Source: Cyanobacteriota bacterium | GTDB taxonomy: Bacteria; Cyanobacteriota; Cyanobacteriia; Cyanobacteriales; Nostocaceae | Assembly: GCA_046045965.1 (NCBI GenBank) | Contig: JBJOKS010000017.1 | Coordinates: forward strand, 32,001-96,000 | Direction of reading: 5' to 3' | DNA length: 64,000 nt | Shown here: positions 10,701 through 19,615 of the stretch, in pieces | Numbering within the stretch: the stretch's first letter is position 1 | Layout of the letters: each line of letters starts with the position of its first letter | Translations under genes and position numbers: made by a program | The notes under the pieces: generated by a model | What the model was told of the DNA's origin: nothing | Databases searched by the model: none | The model's input: the letters and a program-made list of their open reading frames with translations, nothing else

Positions 10701-11037
10701 CATATATATCGCTTGTCCGCCACTATACAAAGTGGAACGGGGCAAAAATTATCAGTATTGTTATAGCGATCGCGAATTGCAACAGCACATCGCTACCCTA
10801 CCAGCCAACGCCAATTATACCATCCAGCGTTTCAAAGGTTTGGGGGAAATGATGCCTGAACAGCTATGGACAACTACAATGAACCATGAAACCCGTACCC
10901 TCAAACGAGTGGAAATTGAAGACGCAGCGGAAGCTGATCGGATATTTACCATTTTAATGGGCGATCGCGTCGCACCCCGACGAGAATTCATAGAAACCTA
11001 TGGTTCCAAACTTAACCTCACTGATCTAGATATCTAA
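7795..11037 (+). CDS. gyrB: DNA gyrase subunit B precursor containing an intein
   Basis: [69 protein letters not shown]. ATG at 7795 follows AGGAG and is preferred over the TTG at 7741. Confidence 0.97.
   Translation: [1080 protein letters not shown]
9109..10413 (+). mobile_element. GyrB intein (435 aa) with HNH homing endonuclease
   Basis: Interrupts EGDSAGG|SAKQ. Begins with Cys (CWLGNT), has block B (CTPEHPF), ends HN followed by Ser+1. Internal [14 protein letters not shown] HNH motif. Confidence 0.93.
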
Positions 11038-12111
11038 CTTACTCTCTAGATCATCTGCAAGCAACATCATACCCATATCCCTGACTTTTCAAAGAAGTTG
11101 GGGATTTGTCTCCTGAGTGTTTTATGTTTAATTATGTATCCGATCCGCTTTTTTCCTAAATAGGTAAATTATTTAGTATATCCAATGACAAATTATTTCT
11201 CGACTGATTAAAATATCTTTGTATACAATAGGAACAGTTTGTCAAGTTGCATAGGGTTGAAATTTCCGTAGTGCGCTAATGTGTTAATAAGGCCGAAAAG
11301 AGTGAACTCTAAATTCATCTATCAATCGGCTCATTCTGCCACCGCCTTAACTCCTTAGTTCCGGTGATGGGCATAATAGCATATACAAGGCTCAGTGCCT
11401 GGAAACAAACACCACCGTTGCAATATTCCCCTATTATCTACCCAGCGGTCAGACAAGTTTTGCTCTCTCACATCAGTGATTTATGAAGGAATACTAAACA
11501 TGAGTGCATCAATACTGCTAACTTGAGTAAACCTCCAATCTTCAGTTGCCAGGAAACTATTGTTGTACTTAAAGTCTAGAATCTTCCAGGAGCAAGTGTC
11601 ACTACCTTTTAATCTAGTGAGAATGCCACTGCAAAACCAAAAAGTTTTCAACAAGATTTAATGGTGTGACTACCGTTTTTAATGTCTTTTTGATAAAAGT
11701 GGCTTCATCTTGGCAAATGAGTTCGTGATTAACACACAAAAAGAGTGCAATTTCTGTGAAACAGGCTACAATCAGAACAGTCTTGACAGGTAAATCTGCC
11801 AGCAGTCATATCCATCATGTCTGAAGTGGTGAATTTCTTGATTAAGGTGCATCTGGTTTTAGACCAGTGAATCAGAAGTTGTGTACAACGACGACAGCGA
11901 TGAATTTTACTTTCTAAGAGCAATTCACATCACAGTGATCTGTGCCACTAAAGTAAAAAAATTCCGCCTCTATCTATTTAGAGGCAATAGCACCGGAAAG
12001 ATCATAGGTAAATTAGCCAAAAGCCTATTTTCGGTCAACAATCAGCTCGATAAAAAGAGCAATAACCACATCTTGAGTAATTGATTCTGCAAGGAGCATG
12101 AGGAACGCGGC

Positions 12112-13284
12112 ATGAACCAGGCTAACAACGTACTCGATAGCATTTATCAGCCTGACCTAGAAATGATAAATCCGCCTGAGATCGAAGAAGAACTCTTATT
12201 AATCGAGGATGAAGAGGACTTACTGCTTGTTGATGACGGCGAAATTGATGATTTTTTAGAGCCTCAGACTGATGAGGACGACGCAAAGTCTGGAAAAGCC
12301 GCTAAATCGCGTCGTCGGACACAAAGCAAGAAAAAGCACTATACCGAAGACTCGATTCGCCTTTACCTGCAAGAGATTGGTCGTATCCGTTTATTACGCG
12401 CAGACGAAGAAATTGAACTAGCGCGGAAAATCGCTGATTTACTCGAATTAGAAAGAGTAAGGGATCAGCTATACGAACAGTTAGAACGGGAACCTCAATT
12501 TAAAGAATGGGCAGAAGCGGTACAACTGCCATTACCAACTTTCCGTTATCGCCTCCACGTCGGACGCAGGGCGAAAGATAAAATGGTGCAATCGAACCTA
12601 CGCCTTGTAGTTTCTATTGCCAAAAAATACATGAATCGTGGCTTGTCCTTCCAAGACTTGATTCAAGAAGGTAGTCTCGGTTTGATTCGCGCAGCTGAAA
12701 AATTCGACCACGAAAAAGGTTATAAGTTTTCTACCTACGCTACATGGTGGATTCGTCAAGCAATTACAAGAGCGATCGCCGATCAATCTCGTACCATCCG
12801 TCTACCTGTTCACCTTTACGAAACCATATCACGAATCAAGAAAACTACCAAACTTTTATCTCAAGAAATGGGTCGCAAACCCACAGAAGAAGAAATTGCG
12901 ACTCGCATGGAAATGACCATTGAGAAACTGCGGTTTATCGCTAAATCTGCTCAGTTACCGATTTCATTAGAAACACCCATTGGTAAAGAAGAAGATTCCC
13001 GTTTGGGCGATTTTATTGAATCTGATGGAGAAACACCAGAAGATCAAGTTTCTAAGAATCTACTCCGGGAAGACCTAGAAAAAGTCCTCGACAGTCTCAG
13101 TCCCCGAGAAAGAGATGTTTTGAGACTCCGCTACGGGCTAGATGATGGTCGCATGAAAACTCTGGAAGAAATTGGTCAGATTTTCAACGTTACCCGCGAA
13201 CGAATTCGTCAAATTGAGGCCAAAGCACTCCGCAAATTACGTCACCCCAATCGTAACAGCGTCCTCAAGGAATATATTCGGTAG
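12112..13284 (+). CDS. sigA: Principal RNA polymerase sigma factor (group 1)
   Basis: [73 protein letters not shown]; acidic N-terminus typical of cyanobacterial SigA. Confidence 0.97.
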   Translation: MNQANNVLDSIYQPDLEMINPPEIEEELLLIEDEEDLLLVDDGEIDDFLEPQTDEDDAKSGKAAKSRRRTQSKKKHYTEDSIRLYLQEIGRIRLLRADEEIELARKIADLLELERVRDQLYEQLEREPQFKEWAEAVQLPLPTFRYRLHVGRRAKDKMVQSNLRLVVSIAKKYMNRGLSFQDLIQEGSLGLIRAAEKFDHEKGYKFSTYATWWIRQAITRAIADQSRTIRLPVHLYETISRIKKTTKLLSQEMGRKPTEEEIATRMEMTIEKLRFIAKSAQLPISLETPIGKEEDSRLGDFIESDGETPEDQVSKNLLREDLEKVLDSLSPRERDVLRLRYGLDDGRMKTLEEIGQIFNVTRERIRQIEAKALRKLRHPNRNSVLKEYIR

Positions 13285-13380
13285 GATGACAGGTGACAGG
13301 CGACAGGTGACAGTAAAAAAGAGGGTATCGGGTGCAGGGTATATGAAGAAATATTTACCTCCTGACTCCTGACTCCTAAA

Positions 13381-13426
13381 AACTGAAAAACCTGGTGGTT
13401 GTAATTAACTACCAGGTTTTTTAGTT
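13381..13426. terminator. Probable bidirectional intrinsic terminator between convergent sigA and hli
   Basis: AAAAACCTGGTGGTT-gtaatt-AACTACCAGGTTTTT inverted repeat with A/T tracts on both sides. Confidence 0.7.
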
Positions 13427-13457
13427 TACAGAGAATTTTAATTTTGTGTCTCAAAAT

Positions 13458-13637
13458 TTACAGGATACCCCAGAAGTGTAGGAAGCCTTGGCCAGAGAAT
13501 AACTCGATTAAAGCAGCTGCTAAAAAGCCAATCATAGCCAAGCGACCATTCCAAATTTCTGCTTGGGGGGTGAATCCCCAACGCCAGCCGTTACGGTCTT
13601 CAGGTAGAGAAGTAATAGTTTTTGTTGCGTTAGTCAT
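13458..13637 (-). CDS. hli: High-light-inducible protein (Hli/SCP, CAB-like one-helix)
   Basis: [19 protein letters not shown] chlorophyll-binding motif; ATG at 13637. Confidence 0.95.
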   Translation of the reverse strand: MTNATKTITSLPEDRNGWRWGFTPQAEIWNGRLAMIGFLAAALIELFSGQGFLHFWGIL

Positions 13638-13677
13638 GGTTCGCACTCCAAGTTGGATTTACTAACTTTTATTGCCT

Positions 13678-13695
13678 TATGTAAATTAATATAAC
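13678..13695 (-). promoter_or_regulatory. HLR1 (RpaB-binding)-like direct repeat overlapping the hli -10 region
   Basis: Minus strand reads GTTATATT-AA-TTTACATA, close to (G/T)TTACA(T/A)(T/A)-N2-(G/T)TTACA(T/A)(T/A). Confidence 0.55.
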
Positions 13696-13844
13696 AAATA
13701 TTTTCAATAATGCAAGGTTTATTTATTGATTTGTAGAAATTTATAAACGTAACTTCACAAATCTCATAAATCAGCTAAACGAATAAAACTCTTGTAAAGC
13801 AGACAAGATACCTACTCCACAAGAGCTTGATAAAATTACGATAT

Positions 13845-14034
13845 TTGACATACTCCCCACCCTAAAACTGCGGAGATTCTGGGTTCAAACAACAGTTGCA
13901 GGTATAGCCCGTCTTACACTATCTCGCCCAACAGACAATGCCCAGCCTGTTTGCACTATTTTATCAGCAAGCCGTCCTGGAAGGCTTGTCCTGAGCTCGC
14001 CGAAGGGACGGGGAACCTCAAACCCATTTTTTCG
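13845..14034 (-). mobile_element. Non-autonomous IS200/IS605-family miniature element (left end + tnpB 3'/omega-RNA-like segment + right end)
   Basis: Minus strand: TTAC|CGAAAAAATGGGTTTGAGGTTCCCCGTCC...GGACGG (left-end hairpin) ... AGAATCTCCGCAGTTTTAGGGTGGGGAGTATGTCAA (right-end hairpin ending TCAA). The middle reads like a decayed TnpB C-terminus (..SVRRAIPATVV*). Confidence 0.7.
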
Positions 14035-14059
14035 GTAAAATAGATGCGTTTGGGCTGAT

Positions 14060-16579
14060 TTACACTCGCACCTCAATAACGGTAATAATCTTCTCATCTC
14101 GGTTGACCTGCAAGATGCTTTCACCTTTAGCATCTCTATCCAAGATAGGCACTGAGTCCACAGGTATTCTGACCACACGCTCCTTATTAGTAACTAATGC
14201 CACTTCTGCACCAGGGATAGCACGTACCATTGCCGCTAAATGATCAGTTTTGTTATGAAACTTCAGGATTTGTATACCTAAATCACCACGATTAGCTGCT
14301 CTTAAATTGCTGGCAGGCATTCGCTTGGCGTATCCTTCTTGAGTAACCAGCAATAACTGGTCATCTTTGCCAACAGTCACACAGCCAACCATTTGCTGAT
14401 TTTTCACTAAGCGAAATGCTTGTAAACCCATCGCTGCCCGACCCATAATAGGCAGTTGTTCCTCATTAACTGGAAAGCGTAATAAACGACCGCCCGAACT
14501 AGCTAAAATCAGATGTTGACCTGTGGTGGTGAACTCAGCAAAAGACAATTCATCATCATCTTTGAGTTTTAAAATCGTAATTCCGCGACGACTGAGGTTA
14601 GTGAATTCTTCCAAAGCCAAACGCTTAATGCGCCCTTGTTTGGTCAGAAGAACCATTTGAGTAGTTTCGGGAGATTCTGGCAGCACAAAGCGGCTAATAA
14701 TACCTTCTACATTGGCTTGAGCCGTACTGGTAAGCATGGTAATTAACGGTGTTCCCCGTGGAGAACGTCCAGTAGTGGCGGGAATTTCTCCCACTTTCAC
14801 AGGGTAAACTTTGCCTCCAGTATTGAGTATCAATAAATCTTGCTCAGTATTAGTTAACTCGGTTTGAAGAATAAAGTCATTTTCATGTAAACCGTTTTCT
14901 GCTTTTGGTTTTTTCCCGGTGGGAGAAAGACGACGGACATAACCGCGCTGGGTAAATTCTAAAACAGCTTCTTCTGAGGGCTGTTCCGATTTTGGATTTT
15001 GGATTTTGGATTTTGGATTTTCCCCATCTGCTGCTAATTGTTGGTGACTACCTTTATCTGCTTTAACTGCTATTTCGCTGGTAGATATTAACTTGGTACG
15101 TCGTGCATCGCTGTATTTACGTCTGAGACTACGAAAATCCTTTTTCAACGACTTCAGTAATTCCCGCCTGTCTTCGAGCAATCTCCTCAATGAAGTAATT
15201 TGCGCGTTAAGGTTGTCAAATTCCTGCTGCAAATTTTGCTGTTCTAAACTAGTAAGACGGCGTAATGGCATGGACAAAATTGCATCCGCTTGTACTTCAC
15301 TTAAATCCAGTTGGCTACAAAGGGTCATTTTGGCTGTACTACCATCAGCAGCGTGCCGTAAAATAGCAATGACTTCATCCAGTTTAGACAAAGCTGTTAG
15401 CAAGCCTGCGACCAGATTTACCCGGTTTTCAGCTTTACTTAACTCGTAACTGTAGCGACGGTTGAGGGTATGTTCTCGAAATTTGAGAAATTCCTGCAAC
15501 ATTTGTCGTAGGCTTAACTGGCGGGGTTGTCCATCTACCAAGGCCAAAAGAATTGCCCCAAAGGTCGTTTGTAGAGCAGTTTGGTGATACAAATGCTGAA
15601 GAACTTCCTGGGGGTTGGTATCGCGTTTGAGTTCAATGACTACACGCATTCCTTGGCGATCGCTCTCATCCCGCAAATCAGAAATACCATGTAAGCGACC
15701 TTGATTGACCAAATCGGCTACTTTCTCAATCCAACCAGCCTTATTCACTTGATAAGGCAATTCTGTGACGATAATCGCCGTCCGTCGCTTGTTACCCCTA
15801 GTTGCTGGTATCTCTTCTAGGTTAACTACACCCCGCAGCACAATTCCACCCTTACCTGTGGTGTATGCTTCCCGAATTCCTGAATTACCAACTATTTCCC
15901 CACCGGTGGGAAAGTCGGGTCCGGGAATGAGCTCAAATAACTTCTCATCTGTCAAATCTGGGTTGTCAATTAAAGCTATTAAGCCATCAACTATTTCCCC
16001 TAAATTGTGGGGTGGAATATTTGTAGCCATCCCCACAGCAATACCAGCACAGCCATTAAGTAAGAGGAATGGTAACTGAGCAGGTAATACAGTTGGTTCC
16101 TGCTGAGAATTATCGAAGTTACCGATAAATTCCACCGTTTCCTCGCCAATTTCTGCCAGCATTCCTTCATGACTCACTGATGCCAGACGCGTTTCTGTAT
16201 AACGCATTGCTGCTGGTGGGTCATTATCGACGCTGCCAAAGTTTCCATGTCCTGCTAGTAAGGGGTAACGGCTGGAAAATTCCTGTACTAACCTCACCAA
16301 AGCATCGTATACAGATTGATCTCCGTGGGGATGATATTTACCTAATACGTCACCAACTACACGAGCGCATTTTCGATAAGGTCTATCTGGTGTTAAACCG
16401 AGTTCGTGCATGGCATACAAAATTCGCCGATGTACAGGCTTTAAGCCATCACGCACGTCTGGTAATGCTCGCCCGACTATCACACTCATGGCATATTCTA
16501 GATAAGACCGTTGCATCTCGGTGTGCAGGGCTGTTGGAATTACCTGTCCCGTGGAGAGAAGGTTTAACTGTTGTGCCAT
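14060..16579 (-). CDS. gyrA: DNA gyrase/topoisomerase IV subunit A paralog (no recognisable GyrA-box)
   Basis: [31 protein letters not shown] catalytic Tyr, C-terminal beta-pinwheel repeats. Confidence 0.9.
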   Translation of the reverse strand: MAQQLNLLSTGQVIPTALHTEMQRSYLEYAMSVIVGRALPDVRDGLKPVHRRILYAMHELGLTPDRPYRKCARVVGDVLGKYHPHGDQSVYDALVRLVQEFSSRYPLLAGHGNFGSVDNDPPAAMRYTETRLASVSHEGMLAEIGEETVEFIGNFDNSQQEPTVLPAQLPFLLLNGCAGIAVGMATNIPPHNLGEIVDGLIALIDNPDLTDEKLFELIPGPDFPTGGEIVGNSGIREAYTTGKGGIVLRGVVNLEEIPATRGNKRRTAIIVTELPYQVNKAGWIEKVADLVNQGRLHGISDLRDESDRQGMRVVIELKRDTNPQEVLQHLYHQTALQTTFGAILLALVDGQPRQLSLRQMLQEFLKFREHTLNRRYSYELSKAENRVNLVAGLLTALSKLDEVIAILRHAADGSTAKMTLCSQLDLSEVQADAILSMPLRRLTSLEQQNLQQEFDNLNAQITSLRRLLEDRRELLKSLKKDFRSLRRKYSDARRTKLISTSEIAVKADKGSHQQLAADGENPKSKIQNPKSEQPSEEAVLEFTQRGYVRRLSPTGKKPKAENGLHENDFILQTELTNTEQDLLILNTGGKVYPVKVGEIPATTGRSPRGTPLITMLTSTAQANVEGIISRFVLPESPETTQMVLLTKQGRIKRLALEEFTNLSRRGITILKLKDDDELSFAEFTTTGQHLILASSGGRLLRFPVNEEQLPIMGRAAMGLQAFRLVKNQQMVGCVTVGKDDQLLLVTQEGYAKRMPASNLRAANRGDLGIQILKFHNKTDHLAAMVRAIPGAEVALVTNKERVVRIPVDSVPILDRDAKGESILQVNRDEKIITVIEVRV

Positions 16580-16913
16580 GAGTTTTTTCCCTGAATTCTA
16601 ACTATACAAAAGTCGCTGGAACTTACCACTGTAGCAACCACAGCATCACTGATAAAATAGGATTCCTCACACAATCTTGATCTTCAGAGTATAAAAAACC
16701 GTAGTATTATCCTTGATGTTGGGGATACACATTGATTATTAAAAAGGTGGCAGACATTATTTGCTGCATAACGTCTTATACCAAATTGGGTGAGTTTTTA
16801 TTGTGCAAATTCTATGAAACACGTTAAACATCAATCATTCCCAATCCAAAATCCCAAATCATAAATCCAATCTGGGTTATCATCCTCCCTTACCTACGCT
16901 AATTTAAATTCTC

Positions 16914-17318
16914 ATGAAAACAGTTTTAATTGTCGAAGATGATCTGATTAATGCTCGTGTTTTTTCCAAGATTTTGACCAAGCGTGGTGGCTTGGGGGTA
17001 AAACACACCGAAGATGTGGCAGAAGTAATGAAAATTGCCCAAGCTGGAGAAGCTGACTTGATTTTAATGGATGTTTCTCTATCACGCAGTATGTATCAAG
17101 GTAAGTCTGTTGATGGTATCAAAATTACACAAATGTTAAAATCTGATCCGCAAACAGCTAAGTTGCCTGTGATTTTGGTGACTGCACACGCTATGGAAGG
17201 CGATCGCGAGAACTTTCTCAAACAAAGCGGTGCTGATGGCTACATCTCTAAACCAGTTGTTGACCATCAGCAATTTGTTGATCAAATCATGGAACTTCTG
17301 CCCAAAACCGAGCCATAA
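16914..17318 (+). CDS. Single-domain response regulator (CheY/DivK-like)
   Basis: VLIVEDD, LILMDVSL, VTAHAM, YISKP. Confidence 0.9.
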   Translation: MKTVLIVEDDLINARVFSKILTKRGGLGVKHTEDVAEVMKIAQAGEADLILMDVSLSRSMYQGKSVDGIKITQMLKSDPQTAKLPVILVTAHAMEGDRENFLKQSGADGYISKPVVDHQQFVDQIMELLPKTEP

Positions 17319-17534
17319 GTATTTTGCTCTACTTTTCTGCCTATTTAGAATATATGTACTATAAATGGGTAAATTTAGGCAAGTATTCCTGGAGACGGGA
17401 AAGTGGTAATGGTAAGGTTGATTACCAATTACCAATTACCAATAGGGATTTAATTGATCCTTTGGTCTCAGGATTTTGAGCCTATTTACCAATTGTAGAA
17501 ATACCATTTGTAGAGATGTTCCGGCGGAATTTCT

Positions 17535-18419
17535 CTACTGTGTAGGCGGTGGATCAGGAATTAATACACCTTCCGGGAAATCTAAGGCTGATTGCATCCG
17601 TGGTAATTCTAAGAACTTTTTGGTATCTAGCAGTAGGCGTGTTCCCCAGAGATTTTGCTTGAGAAAATCTAAATCAGCATAGCGTTGATCTATGCGAATT
17701 GCGGCTTCTCCCATTGCTAATCCTTGTTGGATATCACCTTTAGTATACAGGGCTACTGCCAATGCTAATAAAGGTTCTGCGGCTTTTTTATCAATAGCAA
17801 CTGCATCCTGCCATTGCTTAATTGCACCTTGAACATCGCCCTGTTCGTATTTGATTAAACCAATGTTGTTAATCGCTGGCCAGAATTTTTTATCTTGGGA
17901 AACGGCTTGATTATATTGCGCGATCGCCTCTGGTAGACGACCTAGCATATAATAAGCATTACCCAAATCAAATAACCCCTCTGGATCATTGGGTTTTAAC
18001 TTCAAACCAGCTTGGTAATGGGCTGCTGAAGCCTGAAAATTTTCCCGCTGGAAATTAGCTGAACCCAAAGCAAACAAAATGTCAGGATTTTTGGGATTGA
18101 GCGTTTGCGCCTTTGTTAAGGCTGCGATCGCTGCATCAAACTCTTTAGTTTGTAAATGTAATCCACCTAACAGCAACCATACTTTATCATTTTTAGGAGC
18201 CAGCTGAGTTGCCAGCCTCGCTCTTGGTAAAGCCGAATCAATTTGTTGAAACTGCGCTAATTGAGCGGCCTGCTGGGCCAAGCTCAATCCTTGCTGCTCC
18301 AACTTAGCTGCATCAATCTGCACTGTATAAGGTATTAGTGCCTGTGCGTGAACAGATGAGGGCATATTCCACAAACCACAGACAACTAGAAGAGAAATTA
18401 AACGAAGGTGTTTCGGCAC
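17535..18419 (-). CDS. Exported TPR-repeat protein
   Basis: Multiple TPR motifs (LFALGSANF, LFDLGNAYY, AINNIGLIKY). A GTG at 18419 after AGAGG gives a signal-peptide-like N-terminus (ORF track extends to 18521). Confidence 0.8.
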   Translation of the reverse strand: MPKHLRLISLLVVCGLWNMPSSVHAQALIPYTVQIDAAKLEQQGLSLAQQAAQLAQFQQIDSALPRARLATQLAPKNDKVWLLLGGLHLQTKEFDAAIAALTKAQTLNPKNPDILFALGSANFQRENFQASAAHYQAGLKLKPNDPEGLFDLGNAYYMLGRLPEAIAQYNQAVSQDKKFWPAINNIGLIKYEQGDVQGAIKQWQDAVAIDKKAAEPLLALAVALYTKGDIQQGLAMGEAAIRIDQRYADLDFLKQNLWGTRLLLDTKKFLELPRMQSALDFPEGVLIPDPPPTQ

Positions 18420-18582
18420 ACTACCGCCTCTTAGCCACAAATCAAAGAATCTTTCAGATAGCTTAGACGATATCCGTTCTATATGAAAGGTGAAATTTAC
18501 AGTAATTATTGCTGGCTGCATTAATTACCGAAGATGATCTAAGTTTAGCTAAATATTTCCTCTTAAAAATTCATAACCCATA

Positions 18583-18633
18583 TTGACATCAGCATCAATA
18601 TCAATTAAATTAATAAGTAACAACATACTTATT
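18583..18633 (+). promoter_or_regulatory. Sigma70-type promoter with candidate TetR operator
   Basis: TTGACA-17-TAAATT followed by inverted repeat AATAAGT-N8-ACTTATT directly before the TetR ATG. Confidence 0.55.
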
Positions 18634-18634
18634 T

Positions 18635-19228
18635 ATGGCACGCATACCGAAAATTACTAATGAGCAAATTTTAGATGCAGCCCGTGAAATCTTTCTTCAG
18701 CAAGGTTTTGGGGCTTCAACCTTAGAAATTGCTCAAAAAGCAGGAATTTCGGAAGCATCTATCTTTAAACGCTTCTCCACCAAAGAAGAACTTTTCTTTG
18801 CATCAATGGGAATTGCCGATAAATCCCCTTTGCTCAAAGAACTCGATACCCTAGTGGGGAAAGGAAATCTGAAGCAAAATCTGATTCATCTGTGTCTTCA
18901 GATTTTGGAATTGAATCGTCAAATTGTGCCACGATTGATGATGTTGCGATCGCGTGGTAATGCTTTACCAGAAATGACAAATAGACCAGATTCCAGACCT
19001 ATCAGGGATTTGAAGACATTTACTAATTTTCTAGCAAGGGAAATAGAACAAGGACGACTGCGCCCCAGCGATCCCCAAACTACTGCTATGATATTGTTAG
19101 GCTCACTGATGAATTATGTCTTCTTAGAGCAGATGCACCCTACAGGAGATATCCCCGCAGATGAATCAATATTTGTTCAGAATTTAGTAGAGATTGTTTG
19201 GCAGGGAATTGCACCCACTCAAGATTAA
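18635..19228 (+). CDS. TetR/AcrR family transcriptional regulator
   Basis: ILDAAREIFLQQGF..STLEIAQKAGISEASIFKRFSTKEELF helix-turn-helix. Confidence 0.93.
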   Translation: MARIPKITNEQILDAAREIFLQQGFGASTLEIAQKAGISEASIFKRFSTKEELFFASMGIADKSPLLKELDTLVGKGNLKQNLIHLCLQILELNRQIVPRLMMLRSRGNALPEMTNRPDSRPIRDLKTFTNFLAREIEQGRLRPSDPQTTAMILLGSLMNYVFLEQMHPTGDIPADESIFVQNLVEIVWQGIAPTQD

Positions 19229-19253
19229 TTGCAGCACTGAAGGTAAAATTTTT

Positions 19254-19282
19254 TGGACAATTAATAAGTGATTACTTACATT
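19254..19282 (+). promoter_or_regulatory. Candidate efflux-operon promoter with a second TetR-operator-like palindrome in the spacer
   Basis: TGGACA-17-TACATT enclosing TAAGT-GATT-ACTTA; shares TAATAAGT with the site at 18611. Confidence 0.45.
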
Positions 19283-19445
19283 TTATTCCTGGAGATGGAA
19301 AAAGAGTTTTGTTTTATTAAAGAAATATTACGAAATATGAACTATAAATATAAATAAAGTCACCCAATCAGGTAATGACGCAACTAAGTTACAGTCATTC
19401 GTAGTACAAATAACAAAAATTCTTTTTCGGTAAATACTGAGAATT

Positions 19446-19537
19446 TACAGCAGATTGCAGATCAATGAGGTACAGAATCTAAATTGAAACCTATACACAT
19501 TCGCCTGTTTTACTCCTGACTCCTGACTCCTGCTGTA
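19446..19537. mobile_element. MITE-like short element with STRR interior
   Basis: Terminal inverted repeats TACAGCAG...CTGCTGTA. The right end GTTTTACTCCTGACTCCTGACTCCTGCT is shared with the elements at 24025 and 24799. Confidence 0.5.
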
Positions 19538-19615
19538 CTTGAACATTATTGTTGATTATCCACGTAAAAACTTTATCAAGCTTTCAATTTACAAAATTTT
19601 AGCAGCATAATAATT

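Noticed and set aside
11729..12084. Small ORFs upstream of sigA
   Set aside because: No RBS or recognisable motifs; more plausibly promoter/leader DNA.
13885..14178. 97-aa minus-strand ORF overlapping the gyrA 3' end
   Set aside because: Chimeric: an alternative frame of gyrA running into the IS605-type element; only the last ~20 codons resemble a TnpB tail.
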